A DNA stretch of 64,000 nt from Macrostomum hystrix (GCA_950097015.1 CATNEN010000011.1:2604001-2668000), one strand, 5' to 3'; counted from the first letter of the stretch, positions 1 through 12,803 are shown. Notes: generated by a model from the letters alone, not told the origin. Numbers and translations are program-made.

Positions 1-150
1 ATTGGAATGTTGACTTGTCAAGCTAAATATAAACTGACAAATTTAATTGTCGGCTTGCCGAAATTGAATGCGAGTTTTGTTGAGATTGAACGGAAAAAGG
101 TTTAAAGATTTGAATGAGTAGAAAGCGTATCCTGAGGATCTTGAACAGTT

Positions 151-564
151 CTAAGGACATGTGGAGGATTTGGGTACTGAGGACCTCCTGGGGATCTGGG
201 GAAGTTTTGAATAGGAACTGACAATGTTCTGAAGACGTCTCGAGAACCAAGAAGGATTCCAATTGCCATTAACAGAAGGAAGAACAAAGAGAATCTGATA
301 AGCGAGGCCCACCTGCTGCAGCTCAGCGCGCTGCTCCTGCAGTCTGGAGAAGCCCGGCGGCGCTCTATAAAACTGTCCGTCGCGTCGAAGAAAGTCGCCA
401 TACTCGGCCGCCGTTGTCGGAGAGCCAGCTTTGCGCACGTCCAAATCGTAGTTTTTCAATCGTTCAGGCACGGTGATAAGCGACACCTTGCTAGCGTCAT
501 AGAAGTTGCCGTAGGTGTCATTGCTAGTGAATGCTGGCACATAGGAATTTCGATAGAAGGCCAT
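151..564 (-). CDS. Small hypothetical protein, possibly 2 exons
   Basis: 137-aa ORF with natural-looking composition (MAFYRNSYVPAFTSNDTYGNFYDASK...). There is a possible in-frame GT-AG intron after LQQ (CAG|GTGGGC ... cttcag|AAC). No family recognised. Confidence 0.5.
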   Translation of the reverse strand: MAFYRNSYVPAFTSNDTYGNFYDASKVSLITVPERLKNYDLDVRKAGSPTTAAEYGDFLRRDGQFYRAPPGFSRLQEQRAELQQVGLAYQILFVLPSVNGNWNPSWFSRRLQNIVSSYSKLPQIPRRSSVPKSSTCP

Positions 565-688
565 TTCACTGTTGCCGGGTGCGTGCGCTTACCTTTCTAA
601 ACTCAAATGCCGCTTCTAATGCTAGTCTACGATATTAGAATACGGTTTTAAAGGCTGTGAAGAGGGTCTCTCAGGTAGAGACCATGCA

Positions 689-698
689 CCATGGCAAC
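689..698. promoter_or_regulatory. Possible RFX X-box half-site/core (CCATGGCAAC)
   Basis: Matches the right part of the GTTGCCATGGCAAC X-box palindrome, ~125 bp upstream of the ATG at 564. The left half is imperfect. Confidence 0.25.
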
Positions 699-1425
699 AA
701 AAGGCGTTTAGAATAGTTTGCCTAGGCGAGTGGTCTCAAACTCAACTCTGCCATACTCAACCAGTGTACGTGGACACTTATTGTGTTGATGAAGATCTAG
801 ATTAGAGAAAAACCTTAGGAGACTTAGAGACAGTTGATTAAATTAAGGAATGAAAAACTGAATAATGAACGCTACAAGCCTATTCACAAACAGCGACTCG
901 GGGCTGCACAGAGTAAAATTGTTTGCTCATTTTAAAACTCATATGAGCAGTTGGTCTGAGTACTCGCGTGCGCGTGCACACACATACACACACGCAACTA
1001 ATAGAAGACTTTGCTTATATACTCGTAGTGTTTCTTCTGACCGTTCAACAGCTTCTAGAAGTTTCCAGTGTCAAACGCATTGAGAAGGGTAAATTGATGA
1101 ACAAAATTACACATAGTTTTTAATTATGTATTCGACAGCACAGAAACATTTCTTCGGAAAATTCCAATATTGCTATTGATTGCTGTGTAGCCAGGCTACT
1201 GATAAGTAGTCTGAATTGTTCATATCGTTTGTGAATGGAAGGAAAAACTGTATTGTTAAGCTTAAATTTTAAATAAGAAATAATAACAGATAACGCTTGT
1301 TTTATTAGAATTGGCATAAGACTAGTGTTTCTAGCAGCAAAATACAGCAAGTAGTTTTTATGACAAAATGTACTTTTTTCGTAATTCCTAAATCGATGGG
1401 CTGATTAACTGACCTTATGCTAGGA

Positions 1426-2052
1426 CAGGGGTCGGCAAACTCCGGCCCGCGGGCCAGATGCGGCCCTCGAAGCTCCCAAATCCGGCCCGTTGCCCCTTCT
1501 GACATCTACAGTGTCCTGTTTCATCTCTCCCGTGTCTCATCGCTCTCGTGTCTAATCTCTCCCGTGTCTAATCTCTCCCGTGTCTAATCTCTTCCCTATC
1601 TTATCTCTCCCGTGTCTCATCTCTCTCGTGTCTCATCTCTCTCGTGTCTCATCTCTCCCGTGTCTCATCTCTCTCGTGTCTAATCTCTTCCCTATCTTAT
1701 CTCTCCCGTGTCTCATCTCTCCCGTGTCTCATCGCTCTCGTGTCTAATCTCTCCCGTGTCTAATCTCTCCCGTGTCTAATCTCTTCCCTATCTTATCTCT
1801 CCCGTGTCTTATCTCTCCCGTGTCTCATCTCTCTCGTGTCTCATCTCTCCCGTGTCTAATCTCTCCCGTGTCTCATCTCTCTCGTGTCTCATCTCTCCCG
1901 TGTCTCATCTCTCTCGTGTCCCATCTTTCCTGTGTCTCATCTCTCCCGTATCTCATCTCTCCTCTATCTCATATTTATACAGTCAATGCGGCCCGCTGTC
2001 GTCTTTTAGGCTCTCTCTTTGGCCCGCCAGCAAATAAGTTTGCCTACCCCTG
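1426..2052. mobile_element. Non-autonomous hAT-type DNA transposon (MITE) with internal minisatellite
   Basis: TIRs CAGGGGTCGGCAAAC (1426-1440) and GTTTGCCTACCCCTG (2038-2052). An exact 8-bp TSD, TGCTAGGA, lies at 1418-1425 and 2053-2060. Confidence 0.9.
1520..1972. repeat. ~16-bp pyrimidine-rich minisatellite (TCTCATCTCTCCCGTG)n inside the MITE
   Basis: Direct tandem units visible; source of spurious ORFs 1772-2080 and 1804-2037. Confidence 0.95.
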
Positions 2053-2149
2053 TGCTAGGAAAATGCAGAAAAAAGAATGAATCGATATGTTTTACAACTA
2101 AAAAGCTGAAAATCCGATGAAATGCATGCGGCATTATTAACAAGAACTG

Positions 2150-3720
2150 CTACTCAACATCCACAACAATGTCTGAAAGCTCCGTATTTACGGTCGCATT
2201 GCCAATCGAACGCTGTGTCGGCGGCGGAGCGAGGTACTCGGCCTCCAGACACTGCAGCCATTCGGCTAGCGGGGCATCAGCTGGGGGTGTTATGCAACCA
2301 TCTGGCAGGCCGCCACCGGGCTGCACGGAGACAACCCGAATGGCTCGCTCGGAACCGACGTCCAGCTCGACAAGGACGCCTAGACGACCGGCGACGTATC
2401 TGACGAGGTTAAGGCAGATTATTGCGATCACAGAGGGTTAGGATAGACTGTTCAGCTTGTGCTGTGACTGCACCCACTCCTTCTGTGTGTGTGACAGGCT
2501 GTTCAGCTTGTGCTGTGACTGCACCCACTCCTTCTGTGTGTGTGACAGGCTGTTCAGCTTGTGCTGTGACTGCACCCACTCCCTCTGTGTGTGTGACAGG
2601 CTGTTCAGTTCATGCTGTGACTGCACCCACTCCCTCTGTGTGTGTGACAGGCTGTTCAGCTTGTGCTGTGACTGCACCCACTCCCTCTGTGTGTGTGACA
2701 GGCTGTTCAGCTTGTGCTGTGACTGCACCCACTCCCTCTGTGTGTGTGACAGGCTGTTCAGCTTGCGCTGTGACTGCACCCACTCCCTCTGTGTGTGTGA
2801 CAGGCTGTTCAGTTCATGCTGTGACTGCACCCACTCCCTCTGTGTGTGTGACAGGCTGTTCAGTTCATGCTGTGAATGCACCCACTCCCTCTGTGGCCAG
2901 ACAAACCTGAGTCGCCCAGTTTCGGAATCCCAATCGATGGCAAAAACTGTTCTCAGTTTGTTAACTTCAATTTCAATAGTTCGCGCTCTGGCAGCAGCCT
3001 GCATTCGCTGACGCATCTCGGCAGCATCTTGGACTGGTCGAGATTTAAAATCTTCGCCTACAATTTCTAGCTCTTTGGTGGCAAAAGGGTTGCCTGGACA
3101 GAACCTGGCGAATGCGTTCACAGATTTCGACGCGTTAATATGAAAACTGCCTGTGGATACTGCACGAGATGCATCAGTAGAGAGTTCTTCATCTTCAGTG
3201 AACAAAAATGAAGGCAGCACGCCAGACTCCAAGAGGCTTAGTTGGACAGCTCTGGCCAGACGATTCGAAGCCACAGTAGAGACCACTGCCCCTGAAGACA
3301 CCGATTGAGGAGTTGCAGGTGGAGTAATGTCCGCGTCTGTAGTTTCTTCATATTTCAGATTCTTGGAAACTTCCATTTGCATAAGTTCTAGCCAATGACT
3401 GTGCAATTCAGCAAGGCTGTTCCATGTTCTAGCGACAGCTGATAATTTAGTTCGAACAGACTGAGCCACATTTGCTGGCAAACCACGCTCTTTCAGAAGT
3501 TCGACACTGAGTTTATATAGATTGTCTAGCTCTTCATCCAAATCCTTATTGATTTTCAATTGTTCTTGTAAATTTTCCTTATCGATTTCACTTTCCAAAG
3601 CTGCATATGAGGTAGCTAAGGATTGCAATAGATTCAATGCAGATGTCAGATTGTCAAATCTGTTACTGTCTGATTCAGAACTACAGGATTGTTGCTGATC
3701 TTCAATTGATGACATTGGCT
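2150..3720 (-). CDS. Hypothetical coiled-coil/spectrin-like protein; last two exons (about 3720-2907 and 2399-2150)
   Basis: The donor CTC AG|gtttgt at 2906 and acceptor ctcgtcag|A TAC at 2400 are both phase 2 and join ...FAIDWDSETGRL-R-YVAGRLGVLVELDV.... There is a putative upstream acceptor ttttgcag at ~3720. The N-terminal part is helical and heptad-like. Confidence 0.65.
2447..2895. repeat. 51-bp intronic tandem repeat (~9 copies)
   Basis: Unit GACTGCACCCACTCCCTCTGTGTGTGTGACAGGCTGTTCAGCTTGTGCTGT. It lies inside the intron above and explains the Cys-rich and QREWVQSQHK ORFs. Confidence 0.95.
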
Positions 3721-6700
3721 GCAAAAAGATGGAGAAATGTATTAGCTAAAAATTCAAATAAATTGCTTAGTAACATCCCACATGTGATCTCATTTAACCT
3801 ATAGTAAAAAAAGTTTTTTATTAGGCTTATGAAACATGTTATAGTTTTTAGAACATATGTAAGCTACATATTGAAAGTATACTCGTATCTTCACAGCGGA
3901 GATTGTGAAGAAAGTAATTATTAAAATAGTATTAGGGCCTGGGTTTTTTATGGTTAGACCAACTAAGTCAATTTTGTTTTTCTGTATTTTTTCTGTATTA
4001 ATTTCTGTATTTTACAATAGCAACATTTTTTATTTCAATAATTGGTTTTCTAGTACTTTTTGGTATTTAATAATAGAAGAACTCAAGGTTTTAGAGGTAG
4101 AAAAGTTTGTAGAAATTAGAAGTATTCAAGAACCAAGAACAAAATTATAACAACAAATTTTATATAAACCATCTAAACCTGTAAAAATTGGTATTGGAAG
4201 TAAATGTGCAACCAGTGTTGTGCCAATTTTGTTTCATTGTGGGGAGGGGGTTAACACACTTGAGAATGTACAATGTGTACACCAGAAATAAAGAAAGATT
4301 TGTGCTAAATGAAAATGCAAACATAGCAATGCATAAGCATAACATAACTATAGTTAGTAATCTAACTCTCTGCTGTTATGCTGCTGTTGTATGTATAGAT
4401 GTAGTTGTCAAATCAGACTCTATGACATAGTTGTTAACTATTTATGAAACCACTATTATAAATAGATTATCACTTTTTGCAATGCATCACATTGTACACC
4501 ACATACACTGTGCTTTTGGGATATTGCATATGGATATTTTAAATATAATGTATGGATTGCATTATGACATTTGCTATTTGCACCAGAAAATTATGTGAAA
4601 TCAACCACCTTCCAAAATGTGGGGGTATAGAAAGTTTGAAATATTTTTATAATGCACCTAGACTTTAATTTTCTAGTTCATTTACTTTAAAGAAATTTAG
4701 AGAAAAAATTGATAAGTGCTATTAAATTAGAAACAATAGGAAAGCCAACTCAGCCAGCTAATAAGAATTCAAACATTTCTGGGGACACTTCTTGTGGTAC
4801 TGTTTAAATGAATTCCAGTCATTTTGGCCATACTCAGTTTCAACCAAAAGCTGTTTTGGTCAAAAGCAGAATGAGCATAATAATGCTACATTATGCTACC
4901 GAATTGGCAGCCAATTCTACAGCAAGTAAATGCCTTATTGGACTCTGCAGTTGAACTCATCGGCAATACTTGTAAGGCAGAGCTTATTCCCACAATCCGT
5001 GCTGATAATTCTCTGCTTATCCACACAGCAGCTTATATGAATAGGTCTACAACTAAAAAAATTGTCCCACAAAAGCATTGGGACACTGTTTTAACTCTCA
5101 AGGAATTAACGCCTAAGTCCAAAGGACACACAATTGTAAAGATTGTGTAGAGGAAAGTGCAGAACTAGTTAACATGCTTTCGTTGAGTTTCTGAAACCTT
5201 ATTTTCATATGGTAATAAGTCAGTAATATCATTTGTGCATGTGCATCATATCATATTTCAAGCGCATTTGCAATACAAATGTCAGCGCCATTCTTCATGC
5301 GATTGTTAGCAACGTTACATATTATTCAAAATTAATGATTATTCTAAATTTAACGTGTGCATTGCTCATAATTAAAAGAGGCCCTACTATAGGTACTGCA
5401 GGTTCTGGAAAACATTTATGGCCAGTTGTATATAGTACATGAAAATTGCTACACAGTTCCTATAAAATATGTGCTTTAAGTTCTTAAAGTTATCAGCAAA
5501 ACAAGCTGCTGTGTGGATAGGCAAAGAATTATTGGCACAGATCTGTGTGGATAAAATTGAAATTACTGGCATGGCATATATAAAGAGTTGTAGACCTATT
5601 CATACAAGCTGCCATGTGGATAAGCAGAAAATTATCGGCATGGATCCGTGAATAAAATTGAAATTATTGGCACAAGACCATGGGAATAAGCAGTTCCTAC
5701 TCATAACACATTTTTAACATTCTTTGTGTACCAAGTACTTTTACATGAGTCATCAGCATGACTAATTGTCCACTTGGGGTGGGTTTGGGAATTCCCTGAC
5801 AGATCAGTCTGCATTGACAAGCCTCCTGTCAGACCAAATGGTGGAGATGTTTTCCCTTTTTTACTGACAAAGAGAACTGTAAGTGTACCACACAATATTA
5901 TTTTTTACTGTGTATAATAAAATAGGTGGTCTTTCATAGTTACTGTATAACTGTCAATTTATAGTCAATCATTGTTTGTGTGTAGGGGGAAGACCAATGG
6001 CCTAAAAAATATTAAAAGTGCTGGTAGTAATTGACCACAAGTTGCATGGAAATCATTTTCATGATAATAGTGTTACTGGATCAACCAAGATAAACTCTGT
6101 CATTTTTCACTCACTTAACACAATATTTAGGTCACAATGACTACCTCTGTGACCAATATCAGTGGCGGAACAATGGTGCTCAGAAGCTGTTGCCTTGGAA
6201 CACTGACCATCCACTGGTAAAGAAGGCCTACTATGTACCGCGAAATATCAATAAGCAGGGTAGTGTTGGAAATTTCCTGCGCTTTGTATTTGAGCTGGCC
6301 GGCTCTAACCACCCTGAGGCACTGCTACGTCGGAAGCTTATTGTGTATTTAGGTGATGCCTCACAGGCTACTTTAAAGCCGCATGGTAACAGCCGTCAAT
6401 CATGTGCTAGGCCGTTTATTCGCACATGTCCCAGTGTGCTTGAAGAATTGCGCTCTGAGATCTTAAGTAATCCAGAAAAATCAGCATCTCAGATTTATCA
6501 GAAGTCTGTAGCTTCTGAGACCGAAGCTCATCATGAGGTCGTCCTAAAAGCGAGAAATCTAGTTCAGGTGTCAAATATGAAGAAGTGTGTTGCAAGTTGT
6601 GCTCGACCTCTTCGAGACAGTGTTGTCAATTGTGTGCTACTTAGCAGCGACCTGAAAGGCTGTATACTACAGCTAAACTTTGAGCCACATGTCGCGATTG

Positions 6701-7697
6701 GAATAGCAATACCAGAAGCGCTTGATTTACTGAATCAGTTGCTACAAAGCCAAAATATGAGCACCAAAAATGTGCTTTGCTAAGATACAACTTTTAATCT
6801 GGGAGACTTTTTTCTGAGCGTATTGACTTTTTGCCACATTATGCTTTTTTCGGCGCAGCAAGTAGCCCCAGTTCTTCCGGGCGCTTTTCTGATTCATTTG
6901 TCTAAAGACGAGGCAACCCATACAGATTTTCTTACTCATGTAGCGCGGCGCGTGCCTGCACTAGCCAATGAAAATGGTCTATTCGTAACCGACTGTGAAT
7001 TATCTATTGTTAATGCCATCTGCAAGGTTGTGCACAGCAAGAAGCATCTGCTGTGTTGGATTCATGCCCAGAAAGACATTCGATTTTGGGCGACTAAGAA
7101 CTGCCCCGGCAATGTAAATGGCCTGAAAGGTCAACTGGATGAGCTCTGGAGGAGCGAAATGTGTCAATCTTATTGTGAAAAGTTGGTAACAACAAGCGCT
7201 GGATGGGATTCCAAGCTCAATGACTATTACATGTCACAATGGCACCCACTTGTTGTTTCCAAGCTTGGTCGCTGGGTTCTTGAGCCTGAAGGCATCTACA
7301 ACCCATTTTCTGGTATCACAATCAATCAAGCGGAAGGATTTAACACCGTCATCAAGCGTGCTCAAGGCTGGAAAGAAATCAAAATGGATGAAGCCATGCT
7401 GGCATTGTACTACCTGCAGAGTTTTTTTTATACATGAGGTGGAGAGGGCTTTTGCCAATCTAGGATCGTTCCACCTGCACCCTGACTTTGGGTCTTTGCT
7501 GCAGGATGATCCGAACCCAGTCCGTCATCTATACACTCTGCCAGAAGATGTGTGGAAAGCCGTTCACGCATGGTGTCTTGAAGTAGGCGCCAGTGACAAC
7601 CAGAGCAGGTGAGATATTGTTTTAGTGTGCATTTAAATTTTAAGTTCAAGAGGCTAGCTCTTAATAATTTCTTAATTTCTTAATAAAAGAATTGTTG

Positions 7698-8045
7698 CAG
7701 GACGGCTGTGGGCAATGGAACATCATTTGGTGACGCTAGACCCGTTGCCAGAGAGGAGGCAATTTTGCCCCTTTAGCTGACTCCTGAGCACAGGCGCACA
7801 CAGATACCATACGCAGGCACTTGCTCACACAGGTGTGTACATCTGCCATGACTTTCTCATTGACAGACAGTGTACAGTTTCACCGTGCCTGGAGATCGGC
7901 CTACAAGGGATTAAATTGCACGACGAGCCCCAAGCCTTTTTTCCACAGTTGTGTCCAAAGTATATGTGGCCTCGCCGCGGAATCGAGCTCCAAGGGACCT
8001 TGGGGCGAGAGAGGCAAGCGCGTTAACCGCTCTGCCACTTACCCA
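7698..8045 (-). mobile_element. tRNA-derived SINE-like repeat, family B (copy 1, in MULE intron)
   Basis: The minus-strand head has A-box-like TGGCAGAGCGG and B-box-like GAGCTCGATTCC. The body is homologous to 15105-15421 and 16245-16383. Confidence 0.65.
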
Positions 8046-8639
8046 GCTAGCTTCCTCATTGTTGTAAAATAGCTCGTAATTGTACGATATTTTATTGTTA
8101 AATTAATCCAATGTGTATAAAGCTTTTGTTTTACGTTACCTCACAAGAATACAGAAGGGTTCAATTTGTTTTTATTTACAGGCAGCAGCATCTAGCTGTG
8201 CCCAATACGCAAAGAGCTCTCGCCAATGACCTCATTCAAATGAAGAAGGTCCATCTTGTGCCACAAACACGAACCTTCTCTGTTGAAGGCACAACAGGTG
8301 ATGTGCACAGTGTTCGCCTTTTTCCGAAAGCAACGTGCACGTGTGCTGCTAGCGGAACGTGCTATCATATTATGGCCTGTCGCATGACAATTGACTACGA
8401 AGGCGACTACAAGGCCAGCAATGCTACTCGCACTCGAAAAATCCAACTAACCAAAGCCAATAAAAGAACTGGGCGAAAGCGGCCACAACCAATTGATGTG
8501 CAACATGAAGTAGATCTAGATTCAGAGAACGTCAAAAAGCTCGGCAATCCGTCACGTAAGCGCCACACTGTCGAAACTCTAGATGAAGGCAGTGTTTCAG
8601 ATTCTTTTATCGGAACTTAATGCAGCACCAAATGCAGAT

Positions 8640-8865
8640 GATGCTACCGAGCCGCCCTTCCGATCAAATGCCGACGATGCTAACAACACAACTACCGAGA
8701 TGGCCTTCCGATCAAATGCCGACGATGCTAACGACACAACTACCGAGCTGGCCTTCCAATAAAAATGCCGACGATGCTAACGACACAACTACCGAGCCGG
8801 CCTTCCGATCAAATGCCGATGCTAACGACACAACTACCGAGCCGGCCTTCCGATCGAATGCCAGC
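8640..8865 (+). repeat. ~48-bp coding-type tandem repeat (AFRSNADDANDTTTEP)x4 in the MULE linker
   Basis: Repeated GCCTTCCGATCAAATGCCGACGATGCTAACGACACAACTACCGAG. Confidence 0.85.
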
Positions 8866-11800
8866 GCATTTCATGCTGCTAATTACGCTCCTCTAAACGC
8901 CATCGAAGGATCCAATGGGAGCACATACGTTGGCCCTGACATCACTCCCACCGAGGGAAAAGACTGGCTAACCACACTCGGTCTATCCCAATCGGACCGG
9001 TGAGTTTATAAGCTTTAGTCATAGATCTTAGATTTTATATGCACTAGATCATTAGATGGGCATGAACTAGGGATGGATTCAATGGTCACATCAAATTTAT
9101 CTCGATGGCTGCAGCTTCTTTTGTTGTAAAGTTTGGACTGTCTAGTTTAGAAGCTATAAAACTTCAGCTGTCTTATGGCTTCAGAGCTGTTTTGCAACCC
9201 AAAAAATTAAGCCTATAATTTGCAATTTGCCGTGACAATTCAACCATGATGTCTTCTTTTCCAACGTATAGAGCAAGCATTGAGAATCCCCAGGGGCAGC
9301 TCACTAAGTTATGGCTGCCGCATCGGCTCTTATCAGAAAGAAGTGGCATCTGTCTGGTCTATTAAATCCCTGTCTGGTTAAGCACAGGGATCTGCATATT
9401 AAACAAGGTAAGCGTAGTGCTTGTCAGAATTTTTTCTGTCATAAATTATGCTCCGATCTTTTCACCTCGGGGCGTACGTCTGACTTACCTACTGAGCGCT
9501 TTTACAGTAAGCTACAGAAACTTACAGTAAGTTTCATTAGGGGACTAGGACATGTCGCGTCAATCCTGACCACGCGCCTAGTCCTGTTATTGTGATGGGC
9601 TCACGAATTGTCATACTTATCATTTTATTATCTTGCAATTTAAATATTTGCAACTTCATGCTGCATATTAATCGTTAATACGCTTCTCACTACTATCACA
9701 ATAGGAACAGTTTGCGTCGTACAATTTTTTCACGACGGTGCCAGTGGACATTGGTGTGTACTCTCGAACTAGAGCGGCGAACTTGTGATATATGATCCCC
9801 TGCCGCCGAAGCAGAAAATCCCTTGTGAGGATTTATTACGAGATATGACGACGTTTTTTCGATCTGCTGAGAAAAGCGTAAGCTTTTATTATTCGAACGT
9901 AGCTACTCAGGAGGGCGCCTACAGCTGTGGCGTTTACTGCATCGCATATGCGGTCGCATTGGCTTGTCGAACTGATCCAGCCAATTGCCAGTTTGATGGG
10001 CTAAAGATGCAGCGCCATCTAATTCAGTGCTTGGAAGCTACTGACATGCGTCCTTTCCCTGTCAGGTCGTCGCGCAGAGTAGCACTTCGATGGAATCGGA
10101 GATTTTCAGTCGATATCTACTGTGTTTGTTGTACACCTTACTTCCCAAACCAAAAATCCATTCTTTGCGATGCATGTGGCGAATGGTTTCATGCTACTTG
10201 CCTTGGCATGAGCAATAATGCTTTTAAAAGAGCGCAGAGCCGCAGCAAATTTTTTTGTAATCGTTGTGCCTAGGAATTTGCATATTTTAGCCTCGAGACA
10301 CTACTAAGAAATTTCCAGTGGTTCCATTTTTTCTACTGCTACTAATCTTTGTAAATATCTTTATACACAGATAAACTAGAACAAATTATTTTTTCAAAGA
10401 TTGATAGCAGAAACTAGACTGTATTTTCATTTTTGTGCGCATAAGAACTTTGGCAGAGGCATTTCTCCCCTTGCTCTTCCTGCATTAGCATTTACGTACA
10501 CTTGCATTTACGCATACGTTTTTTAATCAAGGGTATTTTGTATTCACTATATATAGTTCAACAGATAAAAGAAAAACTAAGTAACAATTTTTGGATCAAG
10601 CTAACACTGTTTACGTTATGGAAAAGATGTGGCATTCAGTTGGGAATTTAAAATGGAGCGGGTAGGTATTGTCTTTGTTCTTTAGGCATTCTTGAGAGTA
10701 TTACTCGTTTTTCTGTCTTTACTGTCTTGAACTTTTTTACTTTGCCAGTTTTATGCGATAAGTACATATTGTTTACTTTTTTAACATGAATGACTGCGTC
10801 AGCAACCCAATTAGCTTGCACCCGCTTCTCTTTAATAATTTTTTAAGCACCTATAAATCTTACTATCTTTAACGGATCTTCAGCTTTATAGTTCCTTTTA
10901 GTTTTGACTGTTTTGTAAAATCTTTGCATATATTCATACTTGTACTAATTAATTTGCCTTTCCATTGTTATAGTCTAAATAGCTCTCCATTTGAGTTCAA
11001 TAATTGTGAAGCCAACTATTGCCTTTTTATGTTCTGGATCGTGCCTAATAAAACGTGTCTTAAAATTTCTATAATTATATTTCTTTTGGCTGAACAATAA
11101 ATGGTTCTGATGCTTTTGTCGCAATGATTTATTGTACTTTAATTGATTGTTCGATACGTACCTTTGTTACGTAGGCTGCTGGGCTGGTGTGGAATAAAGC
11201 AGTTCTGTGCAGCAATTCAGTGGGATTTGGATGCTGCCGATATGTTTGGAATATATATATTCCATTGCTGACACGCGGCTGTCAACCGGTGTCCGAGAGA
11301 GCCGGGAAGTACATTAGGTGTGCAGTCCCCACCTGCTAGTGTGCTTGACACACAACACCAGCACTTGCTCTTGGGTCTATTGTCAGTTATAATTATTATG
11401 AACCTATGTAAGGGATCGAGGGTCCAGATCTTCCGATACGATAATAAATACTACTATCATCAATGCTTATAACAACCGGACCACACTGGTAAAAAACTTC
11501 TCTGACAACTCAGTATATGGTTTTTCTTGAGTTCGATTATTGAGTTTATCTTGAGTCTTATTATTAACAATGAATACAATGATTATGTGCAGATTTTTGC
11601 TTATTTTAAATTAATAACAAAGTGACGAGTTTAAAACCGGCAAAACAAAATAGAACATAGGAGTACCAAAACAGGAATAAATTATTCTAAACTTTTAAAA
11701 CTGACATGCAATAATTGAAATCGCGAGTTGTCGCAGTAAATGCACTAGCAGCATATAGTAACATATGTTAGCATGTATTAAAAAAGCATTTTTATATCGC

Positions 11801-12693
11801 TAGTATAAATGGAAAGAAACTTTACTAACTACATCAAAGATTAGTCTATCGCAAATACACTTAATGCGCCAGGGCCTGTCTCTGGGCGCCCTGTTGTCAT
11901 TTTAAAAAGTCAGACTAATAATTTGTATCTGATGTAACTATCTTTCATATCTGTTTCTGCAATTCGTGATCTGCGTTTTATCCACAATTTCTGTTCCGCA
12001 TCCGCGTCCATTTCCGTGTGTTTATCCGGTACCCCCATAAAGCTCCATAGGCCCTATCCATAATTTCCTCTTAGCTATGGCAAAACTCTATGAATTAGAA
12101 TTATTACTTTGAATTTGGACATAGTCTATTCTATCTATTATTTATTAGACATAGTAAATAAAAACTTAAGTAATAATTTGAACAATAAATAGCTAAGTAG
12201 CATTGCTAGGCATAGGCCTATCCATAATACAAAAAACAACAAATAGAAACTCTAAAAACTGAGTTATGCTAACTTAGTTAAAAACTATAATAATACATTA
12301 ATAGGCCTAGCCCTAGCCAAATGGCTTACCAAAGTACTACTATATTTATAATTAGCTAGTAACCATCAACCTTAGGCCCTACATGGTCCTACATGTATGG
12401 CTTAAGCCAATGTTACCAGAAAGTCAAGCAGATATGTAGAGACTAGCTAATACTTCTAAGCAAACTGAATAGGATCTTTATAATTGTATTAGTAGGCCTA
12501 AGCCCTACCTAAAATTGTAGAAAGCTTTAGCTAGCTTGCTATTTTTTAATCGATAAAAAACTGAATTTCTACTAGGCCTAATTAGTAGCGCCTAGCCATT
12601 AGTACCAGAAGAAATTTAGTCATTAGTTACACTATAAGCCGCGTAAGTCTTAACTCATTATACTATACCCAACATTCAAGTACATATGCGACT

Positions 12694-12803
12694 TGCGACT
12701 TTCGTCCGCGCGGAATTTACCGCGTTAAAAACCGCATTGTAATGTGTGAACATTAAATAATGTGTTTTTCAACGCGGTAAATTCCGCGCGGACGAAAGTC
12801 GCA
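12694..12803. repeat. 33-bp perfect inverted repeat with ~44-bp spacer (micro-MITE-like)
   Basis: TGCGACTTTCGTCCGCGCGGAATTTACCGCGTT ... AACGCGGTAAATTCCGCGCGGACGAAAGTCGCA. TA flanks the right end and an upstream duplicated TATGCGACT. Confidence 0.8.

Larger units (their letters stand above)
6100..10273 (+). mobile_element. Decayed Mutator/MULE (Rehavkus-like) transposon gene: MULE transposase + SWIM + Ulp1-like protease + PHD finger
   Basis: Transposase motifs: (Y->*)DTTFNLGDFF, FVTDCELSIVNA, LLCWIH, TINQAEGFNTVIK. SWIM: CTC..GTCYH (8111-8620). Ulp1-like: GHW, YDP, QEGAYSCG (9704-10000). PHD: YCVC..CDACGEWFH..C..FFCNRC. Introns include cag|gtgaga 7609 to tacag 8180 and ccg|gtgagt ~9000. Lesions: premature stop at 6781-6783, frameshifts at ~7425 (poly-T) and ~8610. 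Termini were not identified. Confidence 0.85.

Noticed and set aside
2422-3011. Cys-rich metallothionein-like ORFs and the QREWVQSQHK repeat tail
   Set aside because: Produced by the 51-bp intronic repeat; the real reading frame splices around it.
5490-12035. TGTGGATAA-containing stretches at ~5500-5680 and ~11950-12035 as the MULE TIRs
   Set aside because: Only short motif sharing; no alignable terminal arm or TSD found by eye.
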